64,000 nt of DNA from Candidatus Binatia bacterium. GTDB lineage: Bacteria; Desulfobacterota; Binatia; UBA9968; CAXXLF01. The notes beneath the pieces are model-generated. The model was not told the origin of the DNA. It ran no database searches and was given only the letters and a program-made list of their open reading frames with translations. Positions 39,612 through 49,607 of this stretch are shown one piece after another. Position 1 is the stretch's first letter, and each line of letters starts with the position of its first letter. The translations under genes and the position numbers were made by a program. The stretch is taken from positions 800,001-864,000 of the forward strand of contig CAXXLF010000002.1 in assembly GCA_963664015.2 (NCBI GenBank), written 5' to 3'.

Positions 39612-39645
39612 AAAAAGGGACGGTCCCTAATGGCCGTCCCTTTTT
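39612..39645 (-). terminator. Bidirectional intrinsic terminator
   Basis: AAAAAGGGACGG..CCGTCCCTTTTT. Confidence 0.8.
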
Positions 39646-39664
39646 GAAGTTTGGAATTACTCGG

Positions 39665-41239
39665 TCATCGTCCGGTACGGGCCAGGGAGAGGACCCAACC
39701 CTTCATGCGCGACTTGGCATTCTGAATATCTTTATCGGAGAAAAACTTTGTCGCATCGACTTTATCGACCGCATAGACAGGGCGGAGGAAGTCGCTTTCG
39801 TAACCGAAGGGCACCGTCGCATCGATTCCCATGCCACCTTCGAAACGGGTGTTGGATGCCGTCCATTCTTTCCCACCTGCCGTCATACGCTCTGCGGGCA
39901 TAAAGGTCTGGCCCCGGCCGCCGGGAATGGGATTGAGAATATCCGTATGGGGATTGACACGGGTAGTGAGACACCACATGACGTCGTCCATATCGTAAAG
40001 ATCGCAGTCCTCACTGACCGCGATGGCGATTCGTGAGCCCTGGGAAGTCGACAGGATGGCCGATAAGAAGTTCCGTTGCCATCCCTCCTCGATCTGGTTT
40101 CGCTTTTTCACTTGAATGATCGCACCGCCCCAGTCGGTCATGCAATAAGGGATATTGACGTCCTGGACAATGCCCGGCTGCATGCGCTCCAATAGCTCAT
40201 ACATGGCCCCTTCGCGAACCGTAGTGTCGATATTGTGGTCGTCCAAGGTGTGCACGCCCAGGGCAAAAATGATGGGTTTGGATTCGGGTTTACGCATAGT
40301 AACGGCAGTGACGTGGAAGGTCGGAGCCTTGTACGCTTTACCCATGTAACCTGCCCACTCGGGGTGGAAGTGGTACCGGCCCTGAACATCTGCTTTCTCC
40401 GACTCGGCGGTTTCATAACGCCGATCACGGGGATTGACGTATCCCTCAAGCACCACCTCACAGTCAGCCAAGGCCAATGCATCCACCGTGCGGGCCTTGA
40501 CCACACGCACAGGAGAGCCCTGCGCGGCCCCGGCGACGGCAAGCTCATCGCAACCCTGGGGCAACACCACATAGTCGAACCCTGCCCCCGCAAGAAGGGT
40601 ACAGGAGGGGGGCACGCCGAAACACATGGTGATAGGCACAGGCTTGTCGTCCTTGTAGTATTTGGAGACGACCTGCCACATATGGGAGCCGGGAGAAATC
40701 TGGAACGTCCCAACGTTACCCCAACGAAAATTCATGCGGTTGTAGCCCAAGTCCGTACCACCGCCGAAATACTCACCGGAGATAAGCCGGTTGCCGGAAC
40801 CAACGGTCAGTTCGGGTTCGTACTCGGTATGGCGAATGGGTACCATGTAGTCGTTGACTTCCTTCGGCTTCTCAATGACGTGCTCCTGGGAGGGAGCGTC
40901 CTTTTGGTCGACCAACACGGGGGGAATCCCATGGTTAATTGCGTCTGCAAGTCTCTTGGTACGCTCCGTGTCATCCTTCCAGCCAAAAAGCTTATTGATA
41001 ACATTCATATCGCCAAACAGGTTGGTAACCACCCGATGGTTGGGTTTACCCTTGACGTTGTTAAACAGAATGGGACAGCCACCGTCCATTTGCTTCTGTA
41101 GAGCGACGATCTGCAGACTCGGATCTACTTCCGTGTCGGTCTCAATCAAATCACCCTCGGACCTAAGCCAATCCAACATCCCGCGCAGATCGGTGATCGG
41201 TTTGGCGCCTGTATGAACCTCTTTCCTTGCCTTACTCAT
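39665..41239 (-). CDS. pcd: UbiD family enzyme, probable phthaloyl-CoA decarboxylase (Pcd/PhtDa)
   Basis: GYNRMNFRWGNVGTFQISPGSHMWQ, HFHPEWAGYMGKAYKAPTF and GWVLSLARTGR match, from recall, the Thauera/Azoarcus phthaloyl-CoA decarboxylases; needs an alignment to confirm. Confidence 0.75.
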   Translation of the reverse strand: MSKARKEVHTGAKPITDLRGMLDWLRSEGDLIETDTEVDPSLQIVALQKQMDGGCPILFNNVKGKPNHRVVTNLFGDMNVINKLFGWKDDTERTKRLADAINHGIPPVLVDQKDAPSQEHVIEKPKEVNDYMVPIRHTEYEPELTVGSGNRLISGEYFGGGTDLGYNRMNFRWGNVGTFQISPGSHMWQVVSKYYKDDKPVPITMCFGVPPSCTLLAGAGFDYVVLPQGCDELAVAGAAQGSPVRVVKARTVDALALADCEVVLEGYVNPRDRRYETAESEKADVQGRYHFHPEWAGYMGKAYKAPTFHVTAVTMRKPESKPIIFALGVHTLDDHNIDTTVREGAMYELLERMQPGIVQDVNIPYCMTDWGGAIIQVKKRNQIEEGWQRNFLSAILSTSQGSRIAIAVSEDCDLYDMDDVMWCLTTRVNPHTDILNPIPGGRGQTFMPAERMTAGGKEWTASNTRFEGGMGIDATVPFGYESDFLRPVYAVDKVDATKFFSDKDIQNAKSRMKGWVLSLARTGR

Positions 41240-41425
41240 AACAATCCCCCAACAATAATGATTTCTTAAAATAAGATTGTACAACAACTAAACCAGATTC
41301 AATGGGATTTCAACCGGTTGATGCCGGGATAGACCTGCGGCAAAACACTTTTTAGGGCTTGTGAGCGTACCCGGGATTTCGATTGCTACCCTTCCACACA
41401 GTCTCCTCTGATTGCCCCCCTTTGC

Positions 41426-41454
41426 TTGACATTTTACCCGGTGCTTGCTACGTA
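41426..41454 (+). promoter_or_regulatory. Sigma70-like promoter of the CoA-transferase operon
   Basis: TTGACA-N17-TACGTA with an extended TG. Confidence 0.55.
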
Positions 41455-41534
41455 GGGAGCAGCTCTAAGGTTCCTTTTTTTAAGCAATTTTTGTTATCCT
41501 GACCTTTCTACCCGAGGCTCGATCTAAATTTATG

Positions 41535-41562
41535 GGCAGGGCGTCTACTCCCTGCCTTTTTT
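41535..41562 (+). terminator. Terminator-like hairpin within the 5' leader
   Basis: GGCAGGG-CGTCTACT-CCCTGCC-TTTTTT, 12 nt before the ATG at 41575. Confidence 0.6.
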
Positions 41563-41574
41563 CTATAAACGCAA

Positions 41575-42834
41575 ATGGCTGACAGAGAAACGGGGCTCCT
41601 TTCACCCTACCGTGTTCTAGATCTTACCGATGAGCTGGGCTTTCTGTGCGGTAAGATCATGGGCGACCTCGGAGCCGATGTTATCAAGATCGAACGACCG
41701 GGCGGTGACCCGGCTCGGATGATCGGGCCTTTCTTCCATGATCAGGCCGATCTGGAAAAGAGCCTCTACTGGTTCGCCTTCAACAACAACAAACGAGGCA
41801 TTACCCTCAACCTGGAAAGCGTTGAGGGACGAAAGCTCTTCGGCCAGTTAGCGGCCAAGGCCGATTTCGTTCTCGAATCCTTTACTCCCGGATATCTGGA
41901 TGGGATCGGTCTCGGTTATGAAGACTTAAACCGAATCAATCCCCGATTGATCGTTACCTCCATCACGCCCTTTGGCCAGACGGGCCCCTACAGCCGGTTC
42001 AGCGCGACCGATATCGAGATCATGGCCATGAGCGGATGTATGTCTCTTAGCGGAGATCCGGACCGGGCCCCAGTCCGCATCACCTCTCCTCAGTCTTACC
42101 AGTGGACCGGGTCCTACGCCGCCATGGGCACCATGATCGCCAACCACCAGCGCCAGCAGACCGGCGCCGGCCAACAGGTAGACGTCTCGGCACAATCGTG
42201 TCTGTTGTGGGCCTTTTCCCATGCCCACACCTTCTGGGATCTGAATCGTACTCTGGAAAAGAGGGCTGGATCCTTCATGACTGGACGGAGTATTACGGGT
42301 GCCAAGATGCGTGTCTTCTGGCCCTGCACGGACGGTTATCTCAACTTTATCATTTACGGCGGTGAGGCGGGACGCAAGACCAATCAAGCACTAGTGGAAT
42401 GGATGGAGTCAAAAGGAATGGCACCGGAATTTCTCAAGCAAAAGGATTGGAAGACTTTCAACATCGCCCAGGTCACTCAGGAAGAGATCGATACCATGGA
42501 GGAACCCATTGCGCGCTTTTTTAAAGGCGTCACTAAAGTTGAGTTCCTCGAACAGGTGATTGCCAGGGGCATGCTAGGCTACCCGGTGTCAACAGCAAGC
42601 GAGATCGTGCAGGATCCCCAATTGGAGGCCCGCGGGTTTTGGCAGGCGCTGGATCATCCAGAACTGGGCACATCCGTAATCTACCCAGGCGCTTTTTCTC
42701 AATTCTCCGACGCCCAGTGCCCCCTTCGTCGTCGTGCTCCCCTCATCGGTGAGCACAACAATGAGGTTTACGTGAAGGAAATGGGGCTCAAACCGGCCGA
42801 GATGGACCAGCTCAAAGAGAACGGAATCGTGTAA
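41575..42834 (+). CDS. Class III CoA-transferase (CaiB/BaiF), subunit 1
   Basis: RVLDLT, LGADVIKIERPGGD, NKRGITLNL, APLIGEHN. Confidence 0.9.
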   Translation: MADRETGLLSPYRVLDLTDELGFLCGKIMGDLGADVIKIERPGGDPARMIGPFFHDQADLEKSLYWFAFNNNKRGITLNLESVEGRKLFGQLAAKADFVLESFTPGYLDGIGLGYEDLNRINPRLIVTSITPFGQTGPYSRFSATDIEIMAMSGCMSLSGDPDRAPVRITSPQSYQWTGSYAAMGTMIANHQRQQTGAGQQVDVSAQSCLLWAFSHAHTFWDLNRTLEKRAGSFMTGRSITGAKMRVFWPCTDGYLNFIIYGGEAGRKTNQALVEWMESKGMAPEFLKQKDWKTFNIAQVTQEEIDTMEEPIARFFKGVTKVEFLEQVIARGMLGYPVSTASEIVQDPQLEARGFWQALDHPELGTSVIYPGAFSQFSDAQCPLRRRAPLIGEHNNEVYVKEMGLKPAEMDQLKENGIV

Positions 42835-42839
42835 AACTG

Positions 42840-44054
42840 ATGAAAGCGTTACGAGGAGTCAAGATCGTCGAGTTCGCAGCCTTTGCTGCGGGCCCTGTCG
42901 TCGGCAAACATCTGGTCGACTATGGGGCCACCGTCGTTCATGTCGAAGCCAACGCCCGTCCCGACGGGTTTCGAACCCATTATCCTCCCTACAAGGATAA
43001 CGTCTACGGCCTCAACCGTTCGGGGCTTTTCTCCCTGTGCAACAGCGGGAAACTGGGCATCACATTAAATCTCAAGAAGGCACCCCAAGCAACGGAGCTT
43101 GCACGGAAGATCGTCTCTTGGGCCGACGTCGTCATCGAGAACTTTAGCCCCGGTACCATGAAACGACTTGAGCTGGACTATGAGAGCCTGAAACCAATCA
43201 AACCGGAACTGATTATGCTGAGCAGCTCCAACCTCGGGCAAACCGGTCCCCATGCCAAGCACCCGGGATTCGGCTCCCAGCTCTCATCCCTCGCAGGCTT
43301 TACCAACTTGACCGGCTACCCTGATGGACCTCCGCAGATCCTCTATGGCCCCTATATCGATTACATCGCTGTTGGATACGGCGCTGTGGCCATCCTGGCC
43401 GCCCTGGACCACCGTAAGCGTACCGGTAAAGGCCAGTATATCGATCTGGCCCAGTACGAAACCGGACTCCACTTCATGGCCCCCGTACTCTTGGATTACC
43501 GGGTTAACGGACGCGCGGCCACCCGCAACGCCAACCGCGACCTTCACATGGCTCCCCATGGCGTCTTTCCCTGTCAGGGAGAGGACCGCTGGTGTGTACT
43601 CAGCGTTAATTCCGATGAACAGTGGCAGTCCCTGTGTGAGGCCCTGGGAAAACCGTCCTGGGCCCAGGATGGGAAGTTTCAGACGCTAGCGGACAGAAAA
43701 GAACACGAAAACGAATTGGAGCAGAAGATATCCGAGTGGACACGGCAACGGACGCCGCAAGAGGTCGTGGAGAAGCTCCAGGCCGCGGGCGTATCCGCCG
43801 GTGTCATCAATACCATGAAGGATGTTTACACGGATCCTCAACTCACCCATCGGGGTCAATGGGTTGAGTTAAATCACCCGGAGATCGGCGCCATGCATTA
43901 TCAACGCCCCCCCTTTATTCTGTCCAAGAGTCCGGCGGGGCCCCAACAACGGGATCCCCTGCTGGGCGAACACAACGAGTATTTCTTTAAGGAACTGTTG
44001 GGCCTCCCACCCAAAGATTACGCCGAGCTGGTAGATCAAGGCGTGATCGATTAA
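42840..44054 (+). CDS. Class III CoA-transferase (CaiB/BaiF), subunit 2
   Basis: AGP, DVVIENFSPG, PYIDY catalytic Asp region, PLLGEHN. Confidence 0.9.
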   Translation: MKALRGVKIVEFAAFAAGPVVGKHLVDYGATVVHVEANARPDGFRTHYPPYKDNVYGLNRSGLFSLCNSGKLGITLNLKKAPQATELARKIVSWADVVIENFSPGTMKRLELDYESLKPIKPELIMLSSSNLGQTGPHAKHPGFGSQLSSLAGFTNLTGYPDGPPQILYGPYIDYIAVGYGAVAILAALDHRKRTGKGQYIDLAQYETGLHFMAPVLLDYRVNGRAATRNANRDLHMAPHGVFPCQGEDRWCVLSVNSDEQWQSLCEALGKPSWAQDGKFQTLADRKEHENELEQKISEWTRQRTPQEVVEKLQAAGVSAGVINTMKDVYTDPQLTHRGQWVELNHPEIGAMHYQRPPFILSKSPAGPQQRDPLLGEHNEYFFKELLGLPPKDYAELVDQGVID

Positions 44055-44141
44055 CTGCGCCCTGTAGACCTTACCTTCACAGGCTTGACAAATGATCCGT
44101 GGATCCATAGAGGTGGGAATCGGCACTGGGAAGGCCAGGAG

Positions 44142-44615
44142 ATGAGTGCAATTGATGAGATCCGTTTGACTGCCGCAGCACGGGATGAAATCTCAGGACA
44201 CGCGCAGGATACTTTTCCCGAGGAGTGCTGCGGCGTGATCCTCCACAGGTTAGGGCAGGACCGAGTACACCACTGTAGCAATATTCAAAACAAACTTCAC
44301 GCCCTGGACCCTCAAACCTATCCTCGTGACGCGACCATCGCCTATGCTATGGATTTCAAAGAGCTCGAGGCGATCCTGAGAGAGGCCGAGAAGAGTGGGG
44401 CCGCCATCAAGGCCTTCTACCACTCTCACCCGGGACACGGGGCCTATTTTTCTGAAGAGGATAAAGGATTTGCCTGCCCCTTCGGAGAAGCAACCTACCC
44501 GGACACCGCTCAAATCGTTATCTCCATCTACAACCGCGTGGTAAAAGAAATTTGTGCTTACGCCTGGGCCGAGCAGCAGAAGGACTTTATCCAGATTCCC
44601 GTGGTGAAGTCCTAG
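44142..44615 (+). CDS. JAB/MPN+ (M67, Mec-like) metallopeptidase
   Basis: PEECCG and YHSHP.....FSEED JAMM motif. Confidence 0.85.
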   Translation: MSAIDEIRLTAAARDEISGHAQDTFPEECCGVILHRLGQDRVHHCSNIQNKLHALDPQTYPRDATIAYAMDFKELEAILREAEKSGAAIKAFYHSHPGHGAYFSEEDKGFACPFGEATYPDTAQIVISIYNRVVKEICAYAWAEQQKDFIQIPVVKS

Positions 44616-44620
44616 CGCCG

Positions 44621-45487
44621 ATGAAATTTTCGGAGCACACTTTCAATAATCACGGCCTGGAAATCCATTACGTTGAGTGGAGAAGCGGCAAAGCCACCCC
44701 CTTTATCTTAATCCATGGTTTTCTCGATCACGCCCGGAGTTGGGACCCTTTTGTTGCTGCCCTACAAGCGGAATTCCCAACACCGAGACGAATCATCGCG
44801 CTGGACTGCCGCGGGCACGGGGATAGCGGTTGGGTCGGGGCCGGCGGATACTACCACTTCCCCGATTATGTCAGCGACCTGAATGCTCTGATCACAGAGC
44901 TAGCGGTTCCTTCGGTGCACCTTTTGGGCCATTCCATGGGTGGAACGATCTCCTTTCTGTACACAGGGACCTTCCCTAAGCGGGTAAGGAAACTCATCTT
45001 GGTGGAAGGGATCGGGCCCCACGGCCTGCCCTTTACCACGGCACCTCGCAGGATGGGAAAATGGATCGCCGAGGTGCAGCGGATAGGTCACAAAAGGCCC
45101 GTCGAGTACTCGAACTTGGAAAAAGGTGCCCAACGGCTCCGGCGAAACAATCCAAGACTGAACCCCGACCTGGCATTGCACCTCGCGCGCAATGGGATGA
45201 AACAGACAACCGGCGGCCAATGGGTATGGAAATTCGATCCGCTGCACCGGACCACATCCCCACAGCCCTTCTATACGGAACAGGCACTCCAATTTTTGCA
45301 CCGCATCGAGTGCCCGGTCCTATTGGTCACAGGGGAGGAAAGCCGGCAAATTCCCCGCGCGGACAAAAAGCAGCGAATTGAAGCCATAGCCAACCGAACT
45401 CTCGTAGGAATTGAACACGCCGGCCACATGATTCACCATGACAACCCTACTGGGCTGGCCCGGGCGGTGGCCGATTTTCACGTCTAG
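44621..45487 (+). CDS. Alpha/beta hydrolase
   Basis: IHGFLD, D.RGHGDS, GHSMGG, AGHMIH. Confidence 0.88.
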   Translation: MKFSEHTFNNHGLEIHYVEWRSGKATPFILIHGFLDHARSWDPFVAALQAEFPTPRRIIALDCRGHGDSGWVGAGGYYHFPDYVSDLNALITELAVPSVHLLGHSMGGTISFLYTGTFPKRVRKLILVEGIGPHGLPFTTAPRRMGKWIAEVQRIGHKRPVEYSNLEKGAQRLRRNNPRLNPDLALHLARNGMKQTTGGQWVWKFDPLHRTTSPQPFYTEQALQFLHRIECPVLLVTGEESRQIPRADKKQRIEAIANRTLVGIEHAGHMIHHDNPTGLARAVADFHV

Positions 45488-45614
45488 ATGCCCACCGGTT
45501 GAACTCAGATTTGAATCCTGTTAGTGTCGATTTAAGAGGCTAATCGTAGCTCAGGATAAGAGATTATTTTACGGCTGAGCGAAAAAGTCACCCACAAACA
45601 ATACCTTCAATGGG

Positions 45615-45809
45615 GTGGTGGAGGAGGTCATGACCTCCTCGGTCCCAGGCGGTACCTGCCTAACGCGGATTCGTTTCCAAGACGGTCGGCTTCGAGTTTT
45701 CGATAACGAGTTAGACAGCGACAGGTGCTGTTACTATTTTGGAATGCAACGCTACTGGAACTCCTCAAATCGGATACGAACCGCGCGCGCTAAACTGTTT
45801 TCTCAGTAA
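45615..45809 (+). CDS. Small Cys-containing hypothetical protein (5' end uncertain, possibly decayed)
   Basis: Frame stays open upstream (EIILRLSEKVTHKHTFNGVVEEV) without a clear start. Confidence 0.3.
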   Translation: MVEEVMTSSVPGGTCLTRIRFQDGRLRVFDNELDSDRCCYYFGMQRYWNSSNRIRTARAKLFSQ

Positions 45810-45859
45810 CCCCTACCCGCTTTCTAGGCGATGGGGACCTGGGATAAGGGGCTATGGTT

Positions 45860-46213
45860 ATGACTTTCACCACAAAACAACCCATCATTTTAGCAGCTTT
45901 GATTGGGCTCTTTCTGGCCGGCCCGATGGAAATTCGTGCCGAGGATTGGCGTGAAAATGCTGGGGTAGGAGTGGGCGTCGCAGTTGGCAATTTATTCTAT
46001 GTACCCATCAAGGCAACCCTTGCCGTGTTCACCGTCCCCCAGAGCCTGATAGCCTTCGTAACCACGGGCGGAGACACGGAGGTCGCAAATTAGATATTAG
46101 AGGACGGCACCGAAGGACCCTGGGCGATTACCCCCGAGCTGGCACGAAAAAGTATTGGCCAACGTCTCTACGCTCTAGACGAGAAGGCCATGGCACGGGA
46201 TTCCGAACAGTAA
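45860..46213 (+). pseudogene. Secreted/membrane hypothetical protein interrupted by an in-frame TAG at 46091
   Basis: Signal peptide, GVGVAVGNLFYVPIK, then VAN*ILEDGTEGPWAITPELARKSIG continuing in frame. Confidence 0.5.
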
Positions 46214-46243
46214 CCACGTGCCACAGCGAGCCTCTCTTTTTCT

Positions 46244-46981
46244 TCAGGCCTTAATATTCTTGTTATAAAGATCGATTGTTCTCGTCCACGCGTCTTTAGC
46301 CGCGTCCGGATGGTAGCGCCCCGCGTTGGTGTTGTTGTTGAAGGCGTGTTGGGCTCCCGGGTAGATCTTACCATCGAAGCTCTTACCGAACTTCTTCATA
46401 GCTTCGGTCAAAGGCTCGACGCCAGGTGTAATGTTTTTATCCTCCGCCCCATAATTACCGATCACAGGACAAGCAATATTCTGAACCGAGTCCAAAGGAT
46501 CCGGGTTGCGACCATAATAAACAACCGCTGCATTCAGATCTTTGCACTTGGTTGCGAAATTTAGGGACTGCCCTCCACCCCAACAAAACCCCACAACGCC
46601 GACACGACCGTTAACGAAGTTGAGCTTTTTGAGATAATCGACTGTGCTGCTCAGATCTTCAACGACCCCGTCGTTGGTCAGCTTGCGAATCGCTGCGATG
46701 GCGTCGTCCTCGGTCTTGAACGAAGGCGTGCTGCCTAATCGCGAGAGCAAATCCGGCGCTACCGCGACAAACCCATCTTTTGCGAACCTACGGGCCACGT
46801 CTTTGATATGATCGGCGAGCCCCTTATTCTCATGAATAACGATTACGCTCCCCAGGTTCTTCCCGTCTTTGGGGCGTGTGACGTAAGCCTTAACACTTCC
46901 AGCTTTACCTGCGTACTCGACCATTTCCGAAAACAAGCTCGCATCGTCAGCTGGTACAATAAACGGTATTGCATCTGCCAT
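46244..46981 (-). CDS. Dienelactone hydrolase family protein
   Basis: VIHEN.GL, APDL, GFCWGG, YPGAQHAF. Confidence 0.9.
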   Translation of the reverse strand: MADAIPFIVPADDASLFSEMVEYAGKAGSVKAYVTRPKDGKNLGSVIVIHENKGLADHIKDVARRFAKDGFVAVAPDLLSRLGSTPSFKTEDDAIAAIRKLTNDGVVEDLSSTVDYLKKLNFVNGRVGVVGFCWGGGQSLNFATKCKDLNAAVVYYGRNPDPLDSVQNIACPVIGNYGAEDKNITPGVEPLTEAMKKFGKSFDGKIYPGAQHAFNNNTNAGRYHPDAAKDAWTRTIDLYNKNIKA

Positions 46982-47059
46982 TTCAATCTCCTCCTTTCAA
47001 TAACTCCTATCGATAAAGGCCGTTGTATAGCCGAACCCCATAGCAAATGCTAGGGGAAT

Positions 47060-48625
47060 CTACTTTCCCCCGAACCCTCCGCCCCCGGCCGTTTCCATAA
47101 GAATACGGTCCCCCGATTGGACCGTCATGCTAACCTTTCCCGGAAGCGGTATCGTCCGTCCGTTGCGAATCAAGAGGTTCTTTCCCTTTTTTCCCTCTCA
47201 TCTCCCTTGATGCCATAGGGGGCTATTCGTCTTCTTTCTGTAAGAAGCGTACATTCAGTTACCGTCAAGAATTCCAGCTCACGGACTAATCCATCTCCAC
47301 CGGGGTGTTGCCCCGAACCACCCGAACCCCGGCGAAGCGAATAGGCCGTCACCCGGAAAGGATAACTATTTTCCAGCGCCTCGATGGGAGTATTCATGGT
47401 GTTGGTCATATGAGTGTGCACCCCGGAGGCCCCGGGACCCACAGCCCCCCCTCCCGCCCCACCACCGACCGTTTCATAGTACGAAATATTCTTCCCTCTT
47501 ATCGGGTCAGTGCCGCCCACGGCCATATTATTCATGGAACCGGAGCTAGCGGCCGGTATGCGAGTAGGCAATGCCTTGGCAAAAGCCCGGAACAGGACAT
47601 CCACGATACGTTGGGACGTTTCAACGTTACCCCCGGCCATCGCGGCGGGAGAACGGGCATTCACTAGGCTCCCCTCGGGGCTCGTCACCCGTATAGGCCG
47701 CATGATGCCACCATTGGCCGGGATCGGAAAGCGGCTGATTGTTTTGAGGACATAGAAGACACAGGAAAGTGTAATGGCGTCGTTCGCATTGAGGCACCCC
47801 TCGACCTGAGCTGCCGTACCAGTGAAGTCTATCCATGCCCGGTCATCCCTGATCGTGACCGCGACTCGAATGAGAATCCCCTTCGTGCCCAGCCCGTCAT
47901 CGTCAAGGTAGTCCTGAGCGACAAAGGTTCCGTCAGGGATCTCTCTCAGGGTTGTTCGTATCAGTCGTTCCGAATGGTCCCGCAGGGTTTTCATTTCACG
48001 GGAAAGGCGTTCTACGCCCAGATCTCTGACCTCCGATGCAACACGTTCGGCCCCTATTCTTGAGAACCCCCCACTGGGCCTTCAGATCCCCTTCCCGCTC
48101 CGTTGGCGTGCACACATTGTTGAGCAGCAGATCCCAGAGTCCCTGGTCAATTCGCCCGCCACGGATGAAGGTGATCGGTGGGATCCGAATCTCCTCTTGA
48201 AAAATATCTCTGGAAAGCGGCATAGAGCCGGGGGGATACCCCCCCACGTCTGCATGATGGGCTCGATTAGCGACATAGGCAATGGGAAGAGCCTTCTTTC
48301 CCACAAAGACCGGAGTTACCATGGTTACGTTGGGCAGATGAGTACCTCCCACATAAGGGTCGTTGAGTACGACCACATCACCGGGATTCATAGGCGCTCA
48401 CCCTAGGGCTGCTTGCACGGAGAGCGGAGTCGAGCCCAGGTGAACCGGAATGTGAGCCGCCTGAGCCACCATCTCTCCACGAGCATCAAAAGTTGCACAG
48501 GATAGGTCTTTCCTTTCCGTGATGTTGGGAGAATAAACGGTGCGACAGAGCATGATCCCCATTTCCGCCGCGATGGCACTCATCCTGTTGGAAAAGAGGG
48601 CCAGTTGTACAGGATCGAATTTCAT
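47060..48625 (-). pseudogene. Hydantoinase B / 5-oxoprolinase family protein in four pieces
   Basis: SPNI.ERKD.SC, HIPVHLGS, in-frame TGA at 48398, NDPY.GGTH, GNVETSQRI, HTHMTNT.NTP.E, ETAGGGGFG; frameshifts near 48000 and 47200. Confidence 0.88.
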
Positions 48626-48781
48626 AGCCTTCCCGTTGTGCTAATTGCTAATATGGTTCGTAAAAACAACCCGTATGGGACAGAAGCGGGAACAGAAATG
48701 TTCACCCGAATTGCCTAGAATGCATATAGCGAGAACCATTCGACCTCGCAAGTCCTTGAACCCTGATTATTGAAAATAGCT

Positions 48782-49495
48782 ATGAAGTTACATCGATTCC
48801 CCTTGCTCGCCATGGTGGTCGTCGGTTTTATGATCTCCGCGTGCGCCCTGATCAAGGCCCCCTATGAAGTCGCCAAGGGTGTGGTCAAAGGAACCCTCTG
48901 GGTGGGAAAGACTACCTACAAGGTCGGGAAGTTGACCTATCAGGTCAGTGCCGGCGGCACCAAGGTGATCTATAAGATTGGCAAGTTCACCTACGTGGTG
49001 GCCAAGGCTCCCATCGAGTGGCCATTCGCCAATGAAGACATTGAGTCCATCGACGGGCTCCCACCCAAAGAAGCCATCCGCCAGGGCCGGGTCAAGAACG
49101 CCCCATACACGGTCAAGGGGAGAAAGTACTATCCCTTATCCGTTAAGCAGGCTGAGCATTATGAAAAGACTGGCATCGCCTCTTGGTACGGATATGAGAC
49201 GCGTAGGAAAAAAGACGGGCATATGACCGCCAACGGTGAGGCCTTCGATCCCAACGGGCTTACGGCTGCCCATAAACACTTACCCCTTCCCATGTACGTG
49301 AAGGTTACCAATCTTGAGAATGGCCGCTCCATCATCGTCAGGGTTAATGACCGCGGCCCCTTCCCCAGTGATAACAACCCCAGATCCGGCGATCGGATCA
49401 TTGATTTGAGCCTGGGAGCTGCAAAACGGATGGGGTTCCACAAAAAAGGAACAGCCCGGGTCCGAGTTGAAGCCCTCGAGCTTAGACGGGGCTAA
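48782..49495 (+). CDS. rlpA: RlpA family septal lytic transglycosylase lipoprotein
   Basis: ISAC lipobox, G.ASWYG, TANGE.FD...LTAAHK.LP, VRVNDRGP, IIDLS. Confidence 0.85.
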   Translation: MKLHRFPLLAMVVVGFMISACALIKAPYEVAKGVVKGTLWVGKTTYKVGKLTYQVSAGGTKVIYKIGKFTYVVAKAPIEWPFANEDIESIDGLPPKEAIRQGRVKNAPYTVKGRKYYPLSVKQAEHYEKTGIASWYGYETRRKKDGHMTANGEAFDPNGLTAAHKHLPLPMYVKVTNLENGRSIIVRVNDRGPFPSDNNPRSGDRIIDLSLGAAKRMGFHKKGTARVRVEALELRRG

Positions 49496-49607
49496 CCTTG
49501 GCTCCCTGCCCCGCTTCACCTAAAAAACATATTTTTATTGGACCTGATCTCTCCCATTCCATGCCTCCCTCTGGAACTTGCTTGCGCCTTCTGGCATGTA
49601 AAGGGAG

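Noticed and set aside
40235-41101. Long antisense ORFs (also 54868-55770, 19823-20461, 18047-18817, 4458-5093, 56740-57387)
   Set aside because: Shadow frames opposite well-supported genes, with no motifs of their own
48390-48400. Selenocysteine at the in-frame TGA of hydantoinase B
   Set aside because: Not a known Cys/Sec position, no evident SECIS, and the gene has further frameshifts
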